Source of the DNA: Paragordius varius
Taxonomy: Eukaryota; Animalia; Nematomorpha
Length of the DNA stretch: 64,000 nt
Assembly: GCA_964247055.1 (NCBI GenBank)
Contig: OZ176053.1
Span: 6,262,001 to 6,326,000, forward strand
Reading direction: 5' to 3'
The notes beneath the pieces were generated by a model. It saw nothing but the letters and a program-made list of their open reading frames with translations, ran no database searches and was not told the DNA's origin. How positions within the stretch are numbered: the first letter of the stretch is position 1; each line of letters starts with the position of its first letter. Below are positions 30,368 to 57,479 of the stretch, piece after piece. The translations under genes and the position numbers were made by a program.

Positions 30368-30616
30368 ATGTAACGAATATATGTGTGGTTTTGTGAGATC
30401 AACAAGTATATTTATTGAAAAAATAAAGGCTAAAAAACATAAGCGAATTGAATGGCTAATATTGTAAAAAAATGCAAATACATGGATAAGATCACATAAT
30501 ATAATATATATCATGCATATATTAAAAAATGTACAAAAGTTTATACAATAATAAATATTGGGTAAAACAATGTTTGTTTTCAAATCATAATATAGATAGC
30601 ATGGATTGATAAATAA

Positions 30617-43761
<13,145 letters not shown>

Positions 43762-43836
43762 TTTTTAGCAGATGATATATCAACCGTTGTGGGGCAAATT
43801 AGCACTTTTGGACGTTAACATATGCAATAATATAAA

Positions 43837-44767
43837 ATGCCTAAACAGGTAAAAAAATATTTAAAAAATTAGGACCATGATGTTGATATCACTAAAGAGG
43901 ACCAGGACAAGATAAATAAATTTGCTGCTGCGCATACCGAAGAACTTGAGTTAACTGCGGAACTAAAAATCTTAAATGTAATATTGTATATACTATTTTA
44001 TTTTTTTGGAAACTCTTAAATAATAATAATCCTATGCTTTTCTCATGATAATACCCTTTGTTGTGAAATATAATTTTATATTTTAAATATTTTATTCGAT
44101 CAAGTATTGTAATCGGCAAATATCATGAACCCCTCATAAAATCTGAAAAGGCCCTTTAAATTTCAAGATTTGATTTTATATCCGCTTTTATTGGATTATT
44201 TTTTGTAAACTTATAGAGATCATTTCAAATAAAAAACATTTAAGAGGTATGAAAGAAGTAAACAAGGTATTAAATAATAGTTTAAATGTAATGGGATAAA
44301 ATTAGAGAATAACCCGATTTTGCAGTATGTTTTTAAATAGTTTTTAGCTACCTAAAATTTAAATTTTCTTGGCGAAAGTGATTTTATAAAAAATAACATG
44401 GCTTCTTAAAAGGTTTTAATAAAATATATCTTACAAAACCATTTATTATAATTTATGCAAAAAATATGTTGCCTACCGTCACAAATATTTTTTTGACATA
44501 TTTTAGAAAGATATAGAATCGATTAAAGATGCCGGCGATGAGATTTTGGTCTCAGACGAAGAAAAAATTCCATATAGAATTGGTGACAATTTTGTCTTTC
44601 TTAAGCGAGAGGACATTGAAGCCAAGCTTGAGAAACAATGCGAAATATTTGCTAAAACGAAAAAGGACATCTCTAAAAAAATTGATGAATTGACCAAGTT
44701 AAAAGATTCTCTAAAGGCACAACTTACCGCTAAACTTGGATCTAGCATTAATTTATCTGTTGATTAA
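43837..44767 (+). CDS. PFDN4: Prefoldin subunit 4, 125 aa
   Basis: EDQDKINKFA, IPYRIGDNF, LKAQLTAKLGSSINL. Exons 43837-43848, 43873-43977, 44507-44767 (378 nt). Confidence 0.9.
43849..43872 (+). other. 24-nt micro-intron, PFDN4 intron 1
   Basis: ATGCCTAAACAG|GTAAAAAAATATTTAAAAAATTAG|GAC, with an in-frame TAG. Confidence 0.78.
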
Positions 44768-45420
44768 TTGCAAATATATTTACAAATTTTTGTATATTTG
44801 TGATTTATTTGCCTTTTTCGAAAAATTATTTGTATTCTTGCATATATGCACAGCTTGTCAATAAAATATTTCATTTTATAATATTCGGCTTCTCTATCTA
44901 ATATCCATTCAACCATAATCCATTTAATTATTTATAAGTAGCCAGCAATACGAAGCCGTAAAAGGTAATAAAATGAATATTAAATATATGGACGAACATT
45001 AAGTTATTGGTTCTTTTTCGATAATCCACCACTTCAATATTTATATCAACGGTCAGAAAATATTTATTTTCAGTAAAGTACCAAGGATTTTTATTTTATA
45101 GTTAATTTAAATTGATTTGGAATAAAATAAAATGGTTTTATTTAACCTAATGTAAAGTAACAATTATTTTGTTATAAACAGTTTAAACGGAAATTTGGCG
45201 TACATATGTGATATAAGGAAAAGTTTAAAACTAAGTTAATGTCAAATTAATAATGTCAAGTTTGGAGGGTAAACCAATATCATATTTCGGCAAAATTTTT
45301 ATATTTTAAAACTAGATTTAAATAATCATAATTCCATGATTAATTTGCCATAGTAACCTTTTAATTCTTTAAATTTTATAGATTATCACATAATATTATC
45401 GGACGTGATTAAAATAAATA

Positions 45421-45687
45421 ATGAACGATATTATGTTCAATAGCATCGACATATTTCAATCTAATATAAATTTGCCTGTTATAAATAATAGGCGTTCCAA
45501 GGATTTGTTTCCTTTGGGCGAGATTTTAACTAACTTAAAAATACCCACAGTGCCTTTGTTTACTGCAAAACATGCGAACTTGGGGAAAATTGGATTTAAT
45601 ATACCAGACATCAAGCCTTATATTGTTTTTACAAGTTTAGATCTAAGTAAACACAATTCTGTGGCTAAGCTGAATAATCTTACATAA
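45421..45687 (+). CDS. Unassigned 88-aa ORF (possible orphan gene or exon)
   Basis: ATG-initiated and stop-free for 267 nt in very AT-rich DNA. No recognisable motif. Confidence 0.25.
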   Translation: MNDIMFNSIDIFQSNINLPVINNRRSKDLFPLGEILTNLKIPTVPLFTAKHANLGKIGFNIPDIKPYIVFTSLDLSKHNSVAKLNNLT

Positions 45688-48116
45688 TTAATACTATATT
45701 ATATTAAAAATGTAAAATGTTGGTTTTAAATCAATTTTCCGTAAAATGTCAAGGCTTTTTTAAAAGTGGAATTTTTTATTCATTTATAAAGGCGCTAAGC
45801 ATGGCAGAGCCATTTTATTTAAGCCCTGTATTAAGCCGCTGCCCATAAAATCACATTTTGCAAAAAACTTAGTCCCCTAAAAATATTTTGAGGCAATTTA
45901 TTGAAAAAACTTATAACCATATGTATTAATGGCAAATATTTTAGTTAGCCGCTTTTTATTAGTCCCTAATTAGGGATCCCAATATGTAAAACCTACAACA
46001 TAGTTATAAAAAAACTTTCTTCTAAGCACCCTCCTATGTAAATGCCTCCAAACAAAAAATACCTTTATGATATTAATAAGATTTTTATTGCTTTTACATA
46101 AATAATGTTACAAATTATCGGGACCATATAATAGAGAACAACTTGTGAGCAAACATTTTTACTAAATATGTTGATATTTTAACTGTTAATTAATATTAAT
46201 CCCTTTATGATTATCAATGCTAGAAAATATGTAATATAACACAACGGATATCAAATTTGTAAAATCCTGCTAAAATAAAACACCATCGAATTATATACAT
46301 AAAAGCAAACTGTAGTTTAACCATATCTCTCAATATTAAAAATCTGGTTATAATATAATTCACTAGCTGTGCCCTGTCGACCTCGGTGACATGAGGAAAT
46401 AAAAAGATTATATGTTCAAACATAAATGAATAAATGTCATATAGAAAATGATTTAGGATACTATCATCGCGGAACTTTTATAAAATGAGGTTAAAACGTG
46501 AGGCAATGCTCTGGGGCCCTTGTGAAATATAAAATTTTGTATCCTATGTGGGCCCACTTTGGCAAAATTGCTTCATAACATGATTTATTTTTTCCTATGT
46601 GTATGTAGTGAAGGGGCTTTTTAAAAAATAAATTGTTCCAAAAATTGACCATAATCTGGGATTATTACGCGTTTCGATATGCAAATCGAGAACTTATGTT
46701 AATTGCGACTGACAATGGATGAAGATTACGAAATGTATATAAGGTCAAAATTATATGGGACAATTCCAGAAAATTACCTAATAGATACATTTTTATTATT
46801 GGCTGGCGGATTTTATGTCTAGTAGAGTTCTACAACGGCTGATAAGCGTTGACTATAATATTTTATTCGATAACACAAATATGAAAGCGCTTTATAATCT
46901 CTTATTTATAAAAATAGTGTTAATAATAAAATAATAAACTTTCATACCTTTACGAAATTTTGTTTTCAAAATCTTTTTAGGAGGGACTTGTATGTTGTTG
47001 AAAATTTGATTTTACGAGAGGATGGGCAGAATACAAGACTACTAAAGGCTAGACTAGACCATAATCGATCATTAATAAAAATTTTTTTGTTAATTAATAA
47101 GGCCTACATGTTATCCGATAAAATGCTTTTAAATACTTATAATTTTTAAAAAACCACTATTTCTACATGGGATTGGTGAAACTTAGGGGCTAATGGGTTG
47201 CCCACACACGCATTCATAAAGGAAAAATTCATCATCGAATACACGTTTTCTGAATTGCTTAAAGCCCAGATTTATGTATTTATGGTATTAAGATACAATT
47301 AGAATAATATTGATCTTTGGTGTGTAGTCATTAATAGGGGTTCGAAGGCTATTGAGAATAATAAAATAGCGTTTTGACGTCAACGGGGCGGAGAGATTTT
47401 TTTGATTATTGATACTTCAACTAAAAAACTGTATAAGCCAATATTTTAAGTTCCAAAATATATTCAAATTACATATTTCGTTAAGCGTTATGACTGAATA
47501 AGCACTCTTATAACACTACGTACCAAAATGATAGCTCCACAAAAACTTATTTAAAAAACACATATATGGTTAAGGTGACCAGACGTCCCGCTTTTGGCGG
47601 GACAGTCCCGCTTTTTCAAACTTTGTCCCGCGTCCCGCTACGTTTTTAAAATGTCCCGCTTTTTCACGATTATATAAAAAAATTTTTTTTAATACAAATA
47701 AATTTTTTATCATTAAATATCTTTAAAATCTATATAAATTTTAAATTAAAATTTTTTAATTTTAAATTAAAAATATTTATTTTTTTCGAATTTATATCAT
47801 ATGATTATACTTCCTTCCTACTACTACTGTCATCATTATCAAACAGCCAAGTTAATACCACAAATCTCTAGATTAAAAGATAAATTGATACTACAAATCG
47901 GTACCTTACACGTTTATTCCAGAAAATTAAGGTAATATAATATTTATTATACTAATATTTTAGTTATATTACTTGCCAACATTATTAAAAAGCCAAATTA
48001 ATACCACAAATCGGTAGCTTAAAAGACAAATTGATACCACAAATCTGTAGCTTACACGTTTATTCCAGAAAATTAAGGTAATATAATATTTATTATACTA
48101 ATAGTAGTTTATAAAT

Positions 48117-49885
48117 ATGAGCACAAAAAGAGGTTGTAAATTCAACGATGATTTAATGAAAGATTTTCCTTTCACAAAAAAACGAAAAATGAATCATCTG
48201 TTAAATGTCTTATATGCGAGGGGGAATTCACCCTAGCACATGGCGGCAAGCATGATATTACAAAATATGGAAACATAGAAACATAAAAAACGTTTAGATA
48301 TGGCGGCATCATCTTACAAAATGAGCGATTTTTTTCGAAAAACCGCTTTTGGAGAGGAAAAGAATTTGGCACTAGCTGAGGGCGTGTTATCTTTTCACGC
48401 CGTTAATCACAATCATTCCTTTAGATTTATGGACTGTACCTCACAGGTTTTTCGTATTCCATAAAAAATTTACATGTGCCCATACAAAGGCTGAAGCCAT
48501 TAACAATGTCCTTTCGCCACATGCATTTTCTGAAATACAGAAAGATCTGCTGAAAATTAATTTCCTATCCCTATACTCTGATGCATTAAATCACCATGAA
48601 ACAAAATTAATGCCCATTTTAATAAGATATTATGATTCAGAAACCGGAGTAAAAATTAAAATTTTAGATTTAATTTATCTACGCGAAATTCCGATATATT
48701 TACTTCAATAATCCATTTTCTAGAAAAAAATAATTTAAAAGACAAAATTATGGCACATTGCGCTGACAACACCAATACGAACTTTGGGGGATAGGAGGGG
48801 AAAAAATATTTTTTATAAATTAACAGATAATCTTAATCAAAACATTATTGTCGTTGGGTGTGCAGCGTATATAATACACAACGCTATTTAAACAGCTGCT
48901 GATTTGTTACCCCTAGATGTAGAAAATGTAGTTGTTAAAATATATTCCTATTTTTAAACGGTACGTGTTGAAACGCTTAAAGAATTCTGTGAAAATGCAG
49001 AAGTTCATATCAAATGCTTGGATATTGTAAAACTCGTTGGTTAGCTTTTATGCCAGCTATCGAATTTTAAAAATGTATGATTCTTTAAAATCTTTTTTTT
49101 ATCACAGGACAAATGTCCTACAACTTTAAAAAGTTTTTTGAAAGTGATTCTTCAAAAATATGGTTAGAATTCTTACATAATGAAGCTTCCCTCTTTCAAA
49201 ATGTTATTAAATTTATAGAATGTGACAGAATTTCGGCAATCGAAGTAGCCAATGAAGTTAGTAACCTGATATTCCAATGTCAAGAACGGTTGTTTGAAAA
49301 TAATTTTATACCATTAACCATCTGCATTATAATACATAATTTAGAAAAACAAGGCTTAATAAATCGCCAAGATATCCTGTACATATAAAAATGTTTTATA
49401 CAAACTGTAAAGATTATTTGGAAGACTGGACGACGCAATTCAATTAAATTGATTATTTTCATTGGATAACATCAAAATCAGAATTTAATTGGTGCGATGT
49501 TAAAAAATTATTTGATTATATCTGCTCCCAAAAATTCTCAAAAAATCTTTCTGAAAATGATCTTTTTTCTGAAGTATCATTAGTAAAAAGATACATTAAT
49601 AATGAAAAGCTTAAATTATGGACAAAAGAAAAATATACAGTAGAAAAGAAATGGTTGGACATATTTCATCATTTTGGAACAAACTATGTTTTATACAATA
49701 ATTTTTTAAAAACTGTGGGATTCGCACTATCTTTACCTGGAACCAACGCTGCTACTGAGCGCGTTTTTTCCACAGTAAATCAGGTGTGGACATCGGAAAA
49801 ATCAAATTTATATGTTGAAACTTTAAAGGCCGTTTTATCTGTCAAATATAATTTGACAAATGTGAAGACTTCTGCAATATTTTAA
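48117..49885 (+). pseudogene. Frameshifted hAT transposase
   Basis: Fragments MSTKRGCKFN..., TRWLAFMPAI, and the C-terminal dimerisation motif ALSLPGTNAATERVFSTVN...LKAVLSVKYNL. Multiple stops and frameshifts. Confidence 0.88.
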
Positions 49886-50004
49886 AAAATGATGACAATC
49901 TGATAAAACGCATTCACTCAAACAAAAAATATACCAAAGAATAAAATATTTTCTTATATTTATAAGTTTTGTTAAAAAATAAACAAAATGACTTAAAATA
50001 TTGT

Positions 50005-50730
50005 ATAAGTCTTCATAATTTGTCAAATTATATTTGAACACATAAAATGGCTTTTATTCAATTTAAATTTGATTCCGTGTCTCACTTAATTTACTGTGGA
50101 AAACGCATTAAATACAGTGGTTTAGGAAAAGATAATGCAAATTCTACAATTAAATAATTTTTGTATGGAACATAATTTGTTTAAAAATGATTATTTTAAC
50201 CATTTATATCCTACGTATTTTTTATGTTGTCCATAATATAAGTTTTCATTCAATTTATTTATTTAATAATGAGACTCCATAAAAAAGTGTCATTGTGCAC
50301 CGTCTTGTCTTCCAAACAATCGTTTCTGTTTGTATAAAACATTTAAAAGCTGGCTATTCATTAAGCCTTGTTTGTCTAGATGCTTTATTATATTGCGATT
50401 AGGTATTGGTATAAAATTATTTTCCCTTTTTTGACTTGGAATTTTGACCTTTGTCCTGTGATAAATAGGATTCTAGGAGATCACATTTTTATAAATATTT
50501 CAATCGCTGGCAAAAGAGCTAACCAACAGTTTTATTATATCCAAGCATTTTAACATCTATATTTCCCACATCCAGGGTTAACAAATCAGTAGCTGTTTGA
50601 ATAGCGTTGTGTATCTGCCAATAATTTTTTCATTAAGATTCTTCGCTAAATTGTTAAAAATATTTTTTGTGCCGCTTCTTGCATCACCCAGCGCACTTAG
50701 TGATGATTTCGACTTTATTATTTTTTTCTA
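50005..50730 (-). pseudogene. Second, inverted and internally deleted remnant of a related hAT transposase
   Basis: Reverse complement matches the forward copy in several blocks: tacacaacgctatt.aaacagct.ctgatttgtta, tgcttggatat...ttggttagct, atcacaggacaaa, ttttccacagtaaat, tcaaatataatttgacaaat. Confidence 0.75.
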
Positions 50731-51459
50731 GGATATTATCACTTCACTCTTTGTTCGTGCACATGTAAATTTATTGAATAAGGTACAAACAACCTGTAAG
50801 GTACAAATTTTTTTACATATATAATGTATTTGTGTTAAAAATAAATAAATATTAGAATAAATTTTGTGTATTAATTTTTGGTTGTACCCCCCAATGACCC
50901 CCTATCAGATTTGTCCCGCTTTTTCCTTCAAAAAATCTGGTCACCTTATATATGGTATATAAGTTTGCAATTAAAAAAACTATGCATACTCCTTCCTGAT
51001 TTATAAAAAATAGATATATTAACAATCTAGAAATTCTCTTGTAAAGCCACTTGGGAAACAATTTATGATAAGGAAGGTCAATTAATGCCAGACAGATAAA
51101 GCCCATAAAAATTTCTATTAGAAAAAATATATATTCTGATAGAAAAATGTATCTGGAAATTTTCTGCCTTAGGAGTCTTAAAAAAATATACATATTTAGT
51201 TGCTCCATATCTAAAAATAAAATTGCACAGTATGCTAAATAAAGTTTTTTTTAGTAAAACCTCTATAATTTTTTCCTAAAAATATATTTAAAATATACCT
51301 AATACGACATTTAAAAGGGATTTTTTATCATATTTTAATTTTTTATTTTAGGGTAATAAGGTCCAATTTTTAGACCCATCTAAAATGGGTTAGTTTTGTT
51401 AAAATAAACGCAAAAATGACGAAAGACGAATAATTTTTTTAATGTATGCCAGAAGAGTG

Positions 51460-51655
51460 ATCAAACCGCGGCCCATGAGCCGCATGCGGCCCTACTCCCT
51501 GAATTATTTATAAAATTGATGTATTTATTTTTAGTATATATCGGCAAATGTCAGACAGATATAAAATATTTATTGGCGTTATGTGGTTCGCGGCCTATTG
51601 ATACAAGATAAATATTTTTTGCGGGCTGTAAATTTTTTGGGTGAGTAACATTGTG
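51460..51655. mobile_element. Degenerate hAT-like MITE remnant
   Basis: aaaccgcggcccatgagccgcatgcggccc and cgcggcc...gcgggctgtaaatttt resemble hAT/Charlie subterminal motifs. TIR and TSD not resolved. Confidence 0.35.
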
Positions 51656-53088
51656 CTAGATTGTGATATCAAAAAAAATATTTTTGAAAATAATGCATAT
51701 TTTGTTTAAAAATTTAATTTTTAACAAAATTTTGATGCTAACACCTAAAGATATTACACATACCTTTTATATAATTCAATGTCGCTAAACATTTTTGTCA
51801 TCTCAGTGTTTGGATTAAAACTTCGTTACTTCAAAATTAAGTAAGTGAAAAACACATTTTATATTTTATTAAATTTGAGGACAAATATTTTAATCAAAGT
51901 TTTGAGTAGATAGAAATGTTCACCATCATCGAATTAAAAAAGAGTATTTATTTAATTTTAAGTGTTTATCTCAGTTCTACCCAAAATACGGTTCACCAAA
52001 ATTTTGAAAAAAAGTAAATTTTTAAACAAATTATGCATTTTTTTAAAAAAATTTTCATGTCATGAGCTCCCTTATTAAAATTATATCCGGGATATCTAAG
52101 TATTTTGTGGATATTTCAATAAAGTTTCCTATGACATGTCCGAAAATTTAAAACTTTCGGAGTCTTATCTAAAAATTAAGACTTAATAAAAATATGATTT
52201 TACTCGTGTATACTCTCCTCCATATTTTAATAATGATTTGGAGTAAATCATTTAACTTTCACCATACTTAATTTAGCAAAGGAAAATCATCCGTAATAGT
52301 AAAAAACCTTCACCTTAATGTATAGTTATTTTTAGACCTATTATGCTGTTATTTAATTTACCAGTCGGTTGGAATTATATTAAGTCAGTGATATATATTA
52401 AAATTACCGTCTAATTTTTTTGTGGATCCTTATGTACTTTAATAATGACGATAGATATATTTACCAACTATACATACATCACAAATATAAATGTTTGGTA
52501 AAAAGAGACCTTTAAGGCAAAACATTAAGCGAATTCCTTTTCGTTCATTTAAGTATTTTAACTCAATATAATTCTGTTAAGATATTAGCCAATTACCAAC
52601 CGTCTGAAAAAATAATTCACTTTTTAATGACGAATGCGTACAAATCTGTTTTTACTTTGTATATAGCAAAACTGCTCAATCATCATTTTGATTTTTTAGA
52701 AATTAATTTATTGCCAACATTCAATATATTTTCCTAATATCATATTTTAAATACAGAGCTTGCAGCCAGAGTAAAATGATTCAGCTATAGTGGAAACAAA
52801 ATACTTTATTAATATTAAATGGTGATTAAATTTTATTTTAGCGTTTAGAAAAGGCTGTTAAACTCGTAAATGGTTTGTTTGAGTTGAATTATTACTTTTC
52901 TATGAAATTGGAAATAGTTAAGAAAGAAATTTTATACCGCATCTCTAAATTACTCAAGGTGTTTAATCCAGATATTGTTATAATCTCAAATAATCAAGGA
53001 CATCCGCATTCGATAAAAAATCGAACACTATTAATAATTATGATGCGATTTAAAAGTATTTTAGAGTATATATAAATAATTATAACAT

Positions 53089-53973
<885 letters not shown>

Positions 53974-53989
53974 ACTTTATAATGCAGAT

Positions 53990-53999
53990 GGAAGGGAAA
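53990..53999 (-). promoter_or_regulatory. Candidate 5' terminal oligopyrimidine (TOP/TCT) tract of RPS8
   Basis: TTTCCCTTCC, 16 nt upstream of the ATG. Ribosomal-protein genes typically initiate in such tracts. Confidence 0.5.
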
Positions 54000-54339
54000 T
54001 GTAAATAGTTTCAAAAGGAAAAGCAGATGTTCTTTTTTATATTTATATTTTCGTGGTTTTGGTAACAAATATAATGTCCTAAAATCAACATTTATAGGAC
54101 TTTTAAACATAAAATACAAAATTCAGCATGTAGCATTTGAGAATTTTTTTAAAGAGAAGTATGTATTATGCATATTATAAAACATGGTGTTTTGGCTGTT
54201 CAAATTTTAGACTCTAGAAATCACAAAACGGTAAAAAATATAAGTTTTTTCACCTAATTCAAGAGAATATTTGAAAATTACCTAAAAAATAGTTTTTATT
54301 TGTAAAATTAAGCTCTTGGATACAGAACTCCTAAAAAGG

Positions 54340-54450
54340 TAAAATAGGCGTTAAGGTGATAAAGTTTTAAACCAAAAGAAAGCATATATTTGAACCCTGC
54401 TTTTTTAAGATGTTCAAATTACAAATCGCTCTGGGATATAAAAATATCGC
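54340..54450 (+). repeat. Dispersed repeat family B, copy 3
   Basis: aaaagaaagcatatatttg...ttttaagatgttc...aaatcgctctgggatataaaa. Confidence 0.5.
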
Positions 54451-55499
54451 AAAAAATGAAGTATTTAAAACATGCACAATAATTATTTAAATATATTGTT
54501 AAATCCCATCTAAAACCTTTACTTCCATTTTTATTATCGATGGTTAATAAATTGGTCTATAAACATCAAAAAAATAATATTACTTAAGATACATTAAAAT
54601 AAACTTGGGTTGCGTTAAATGTTCACAGTGAACACAAGAGATTTGATGAGATGCTTATTTTCTCTCAGGAAAATTTAAGATATTTATGAATTTTTGAATC
54701 TTGGCCGTTAATTTAATATTATGTTCACTGTGTTGATTTCTCAATCTCTCTGAGCAAAATTAGCTATTTCATTAATAAAGTTTTTCAGGCAAAAGCTAAC
54801 GAATTATCTCAATTAATATCACCAAATTATAACATAAAAATATATTTAAAAAGTACAACAATATTAATAAATTTTAACTTTTAGTTAGGGTGCGAAAAAA
54901 ATTTTTTTGCCTAAATTTTCTAAAATAGCAAGAGTATCAAATGTGGCTACAACAATATTTTATATACGCTATATTATGACATCAAAATAAAATTATTGAG
55001 ATGTTATGCCCTTGCTCAGGTTTTCGTAATCGCTCTTGATCTGGCTTCATTTGGACCCGTTATTGATATAAAGCCATTTTTCAGGCCCATTTAGAGAAAG
55101 TTAAAAAAATAGGATTTATTCAATACCTTTTATTTTTGGAAGGAGATTACATTTTAAAATATATTTATATGCCAAAGGTAATATTTAAATAAACCACTGT
55201 TGTGAAAGTTATTTGTTAAAATTTGATCAAACACTGCCTGTATTAAATAACCTATTTTTAAGTTTTTTGTTCTGAACTTCCGAATTCGAAAATTATTAAA
55301 ACAAAGAGCTGATTGTGCAATAAAGAAAAAGTCTTTTCTGGTAAATAACTTAAAAAATTTTTTTAAGTAATTATATCTTTCTAAACAAATATACATTTGG
55401 TCTATTGCCTTAGCGATATAAAAAATGAAAAGTATAAGAAAATTTCAAGCCTCTTATGCGATAGATATATTGTTCTTAAGTAATAGATAAGATTACAAT

Positions 55500-55760
55500 T
55501 TAATTGTTCAAGCCATAATGATGTGTAATTCACAGACATGGGGCTTTAAAAAAGAATGTCATGTTAACGTTACGGAAAATGCTTAGAATGATGTTTGGGA
55601 TAAAAAAAACAAAACAAATTAATAATAGGTATCAGATAGCGGAAAGTATCACAATAGGCTACGTTGGTCGAGGACGTGGGTGCTAAAACGAGATGAATGC
55701 CCACAATAAAACGGGAGCTAGAAAAATACAAGATAAAAACAATAAAACGCTATATAGAGT
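55500..55760 (+). mobile_element. Degenerate RTE-like non-LTR retrotransposon remnant (region after the RT domain)
   Basis: Fragments IMMCNSQTWG, KMLRMMFGIKK..INN and RLRWSR..VLKRDE resemble the RTE pattern YGSETW..RMLRW..G..RLRWFGHV.RRDE. Confidence 0.5.
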
Positions 55761-55899
55761 TCTACGCGAAACAGGGTGTCACACATGATCGTCACAAGTG
55801 AAAACATGGAATGCAATAATATTAATAAAGAAAAATATGCCGGCGAAAAGTTTGAGATTAGGATGTTTTGATTTTTTTACATTAAAAAATATTTTTTAA

Positions 55900-56015
55900 G
55901 ACTAAAGACAAAGAAACCATATTCTTAAATTTGGCCCCATACCAAATATTTTTTAAGATCAAGTTTTAAATCGCTCTGGGATATGAAACTATCCCAAAAG
56001 ATGTTAAAGGGGGTT
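55900..56015 (+). repeat. Dispersed repeat family B, copy 4
   Basis: tttttaagatc...aaatcgctctgggatatgaaactatcccaaaag. Confidence 0.5.
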
Positions 56016-57479
56016 AAAAAAGACAAAGCTAAAATTCAACTTATAATAGGAATATAAATAAATGATCTTATAAAAGTCTTATAACTTGGCCGAAAATTCA
56101 AAAATTTATTTTTGAGGATTTGATTTATCGAAAAAATAGATCCCAAAGTTATATAATAAGCCGAATATGTACGACGCATTCGTAAGAAAATAATTTCTAT
56201 TAATGAATTTGATGGGCCTACAAATTGTCTCAAGGATAAGAAGTTTAACTTGTATTTGTTAAAACCATTTTTTCACACAGTGAGGGGATCAATTGAAGAG
56301 CTAACTCAAAATCGTGGCTCATTTATGGATTAAATAAAATTTTCACTATTTGAACTCATATAATACACATTGGGAAAATTAACTCATAACCATCCATGCT
56401 ATTAAAATATAAATTATGTTACATCCTTTTTACCTTATTATTTTTTATCCAAACAAATGTAGAAATTAAAATTTTAACATCGCTATAAAATAGATTTACA
56501 TTAATTGAAGAATGTATCAGGAGTTTCATGGTGCTTTTAGTTTAATCACGAATCATTTAGGATAATTTTATAAGCCTTTATGGTGCTTGCTCAAAATTAT
56601 ACAGCCTATTAATATATTATAGTAAATAAAACTCTTTACGCGTAAACATAAGCTAAAATTAATATGTATTATATTTATAAGGTTAAACAATTTTACGTTA
56701 TTTTTTGTGCAAGTTCGAAAATCACCACTTTTTTGTACCCTTGAGATAAGGTAATCTCCATTATAAATCAACGCGATACAGGATTGAGCCATAAAGTTTT
56801 ATATATAAATTTGTCTAAAAATTAGAAAAATTTTGTTAAACCCTATTTTTAGCTATTTCTGTATTTCTCAACTCATATTTATGCAACGCAAAATGCAAAA
56901 TATTTTTTGTTTCGACTAATGGCAGAAAAACTGAATAACTCTACTACTTTACCCTTATTTATTTTTATATTCTGTATACTGCTGTTATAAAATGATACAA
57001 CCTGTATAAATATTGATTGATCACCTATGAATGTAGTTATTTCGGGCACCATATTATATAATTATCCAATAAAATCGGTTCAAATAGTCTGGGAAAAATT
57101 AATTTTTTTTATTACATTTAACTAATATATATTACAATAACTTTATTGTTGGCCAATTGGTAATACAGTGTAGGGCAGGGCTTCTTAAACTTTTTTAATT
57201 CCCGACCCCATTTATGATAGCGAGTTTCTTAACTACCCCAACAATTCGAAAAACTCTTAGACATTTTGTTGATTATATTTATCAGGATTATTTCGGTTTT
57301 AAGAGATTGACAAAATCTACATTTTTTATAAATTTCTATAACATCTTTTGATTCATAGTAAGTTTATATAAGTTATAATGATTGGTGGTCCTTTTTCAAA
57401 GGAAAAATGATATTAAACAAATTCCCAAGAAATGTGTTTAACTGAAATCGTTATGGCTTTTTAATTTTTTTTGAAAATT

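Larger units (their letters stand above)
47571..50948 (+). mobile_element. hAT DNA transposon (Blackjack-like termini), 3378 bp, non-autonomous
   Basis: TIRs TAAGGTGACCAGA / TCTGGTCACCTTA. Perfect 8-bp TSD TATATGGT at 47563-47570 and 50949-50956. Subterminal GTCCCG repeats and a ~146-bp tandem duplication at ~47845-48105. Confidence 0.92.

Noticed and set aside
46650-47400. Possible reverse-transcriptase remnant
   Set aside because: No clear YxDD or other RT motif could be read; too degenerate to call.
54620-54755. Inverted repeat CACAGTGAACA / TGTTCACTGTG with TGATGA and CTGA nearby
   Set aside because: Box spacing does not fit a C/D snoRNA. More likely a decayed palindromic repeat.
54999-55089. 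H/ACA snoRNA-like arrangement on the minus strand (8-bp stem, AAATGA, terminal ACA)
   Set aside because: Only ~91 nt long, the hairpins lack upper stems and pockets, and it lies outside the RPS8 introns. An Rfam scan would be needed.
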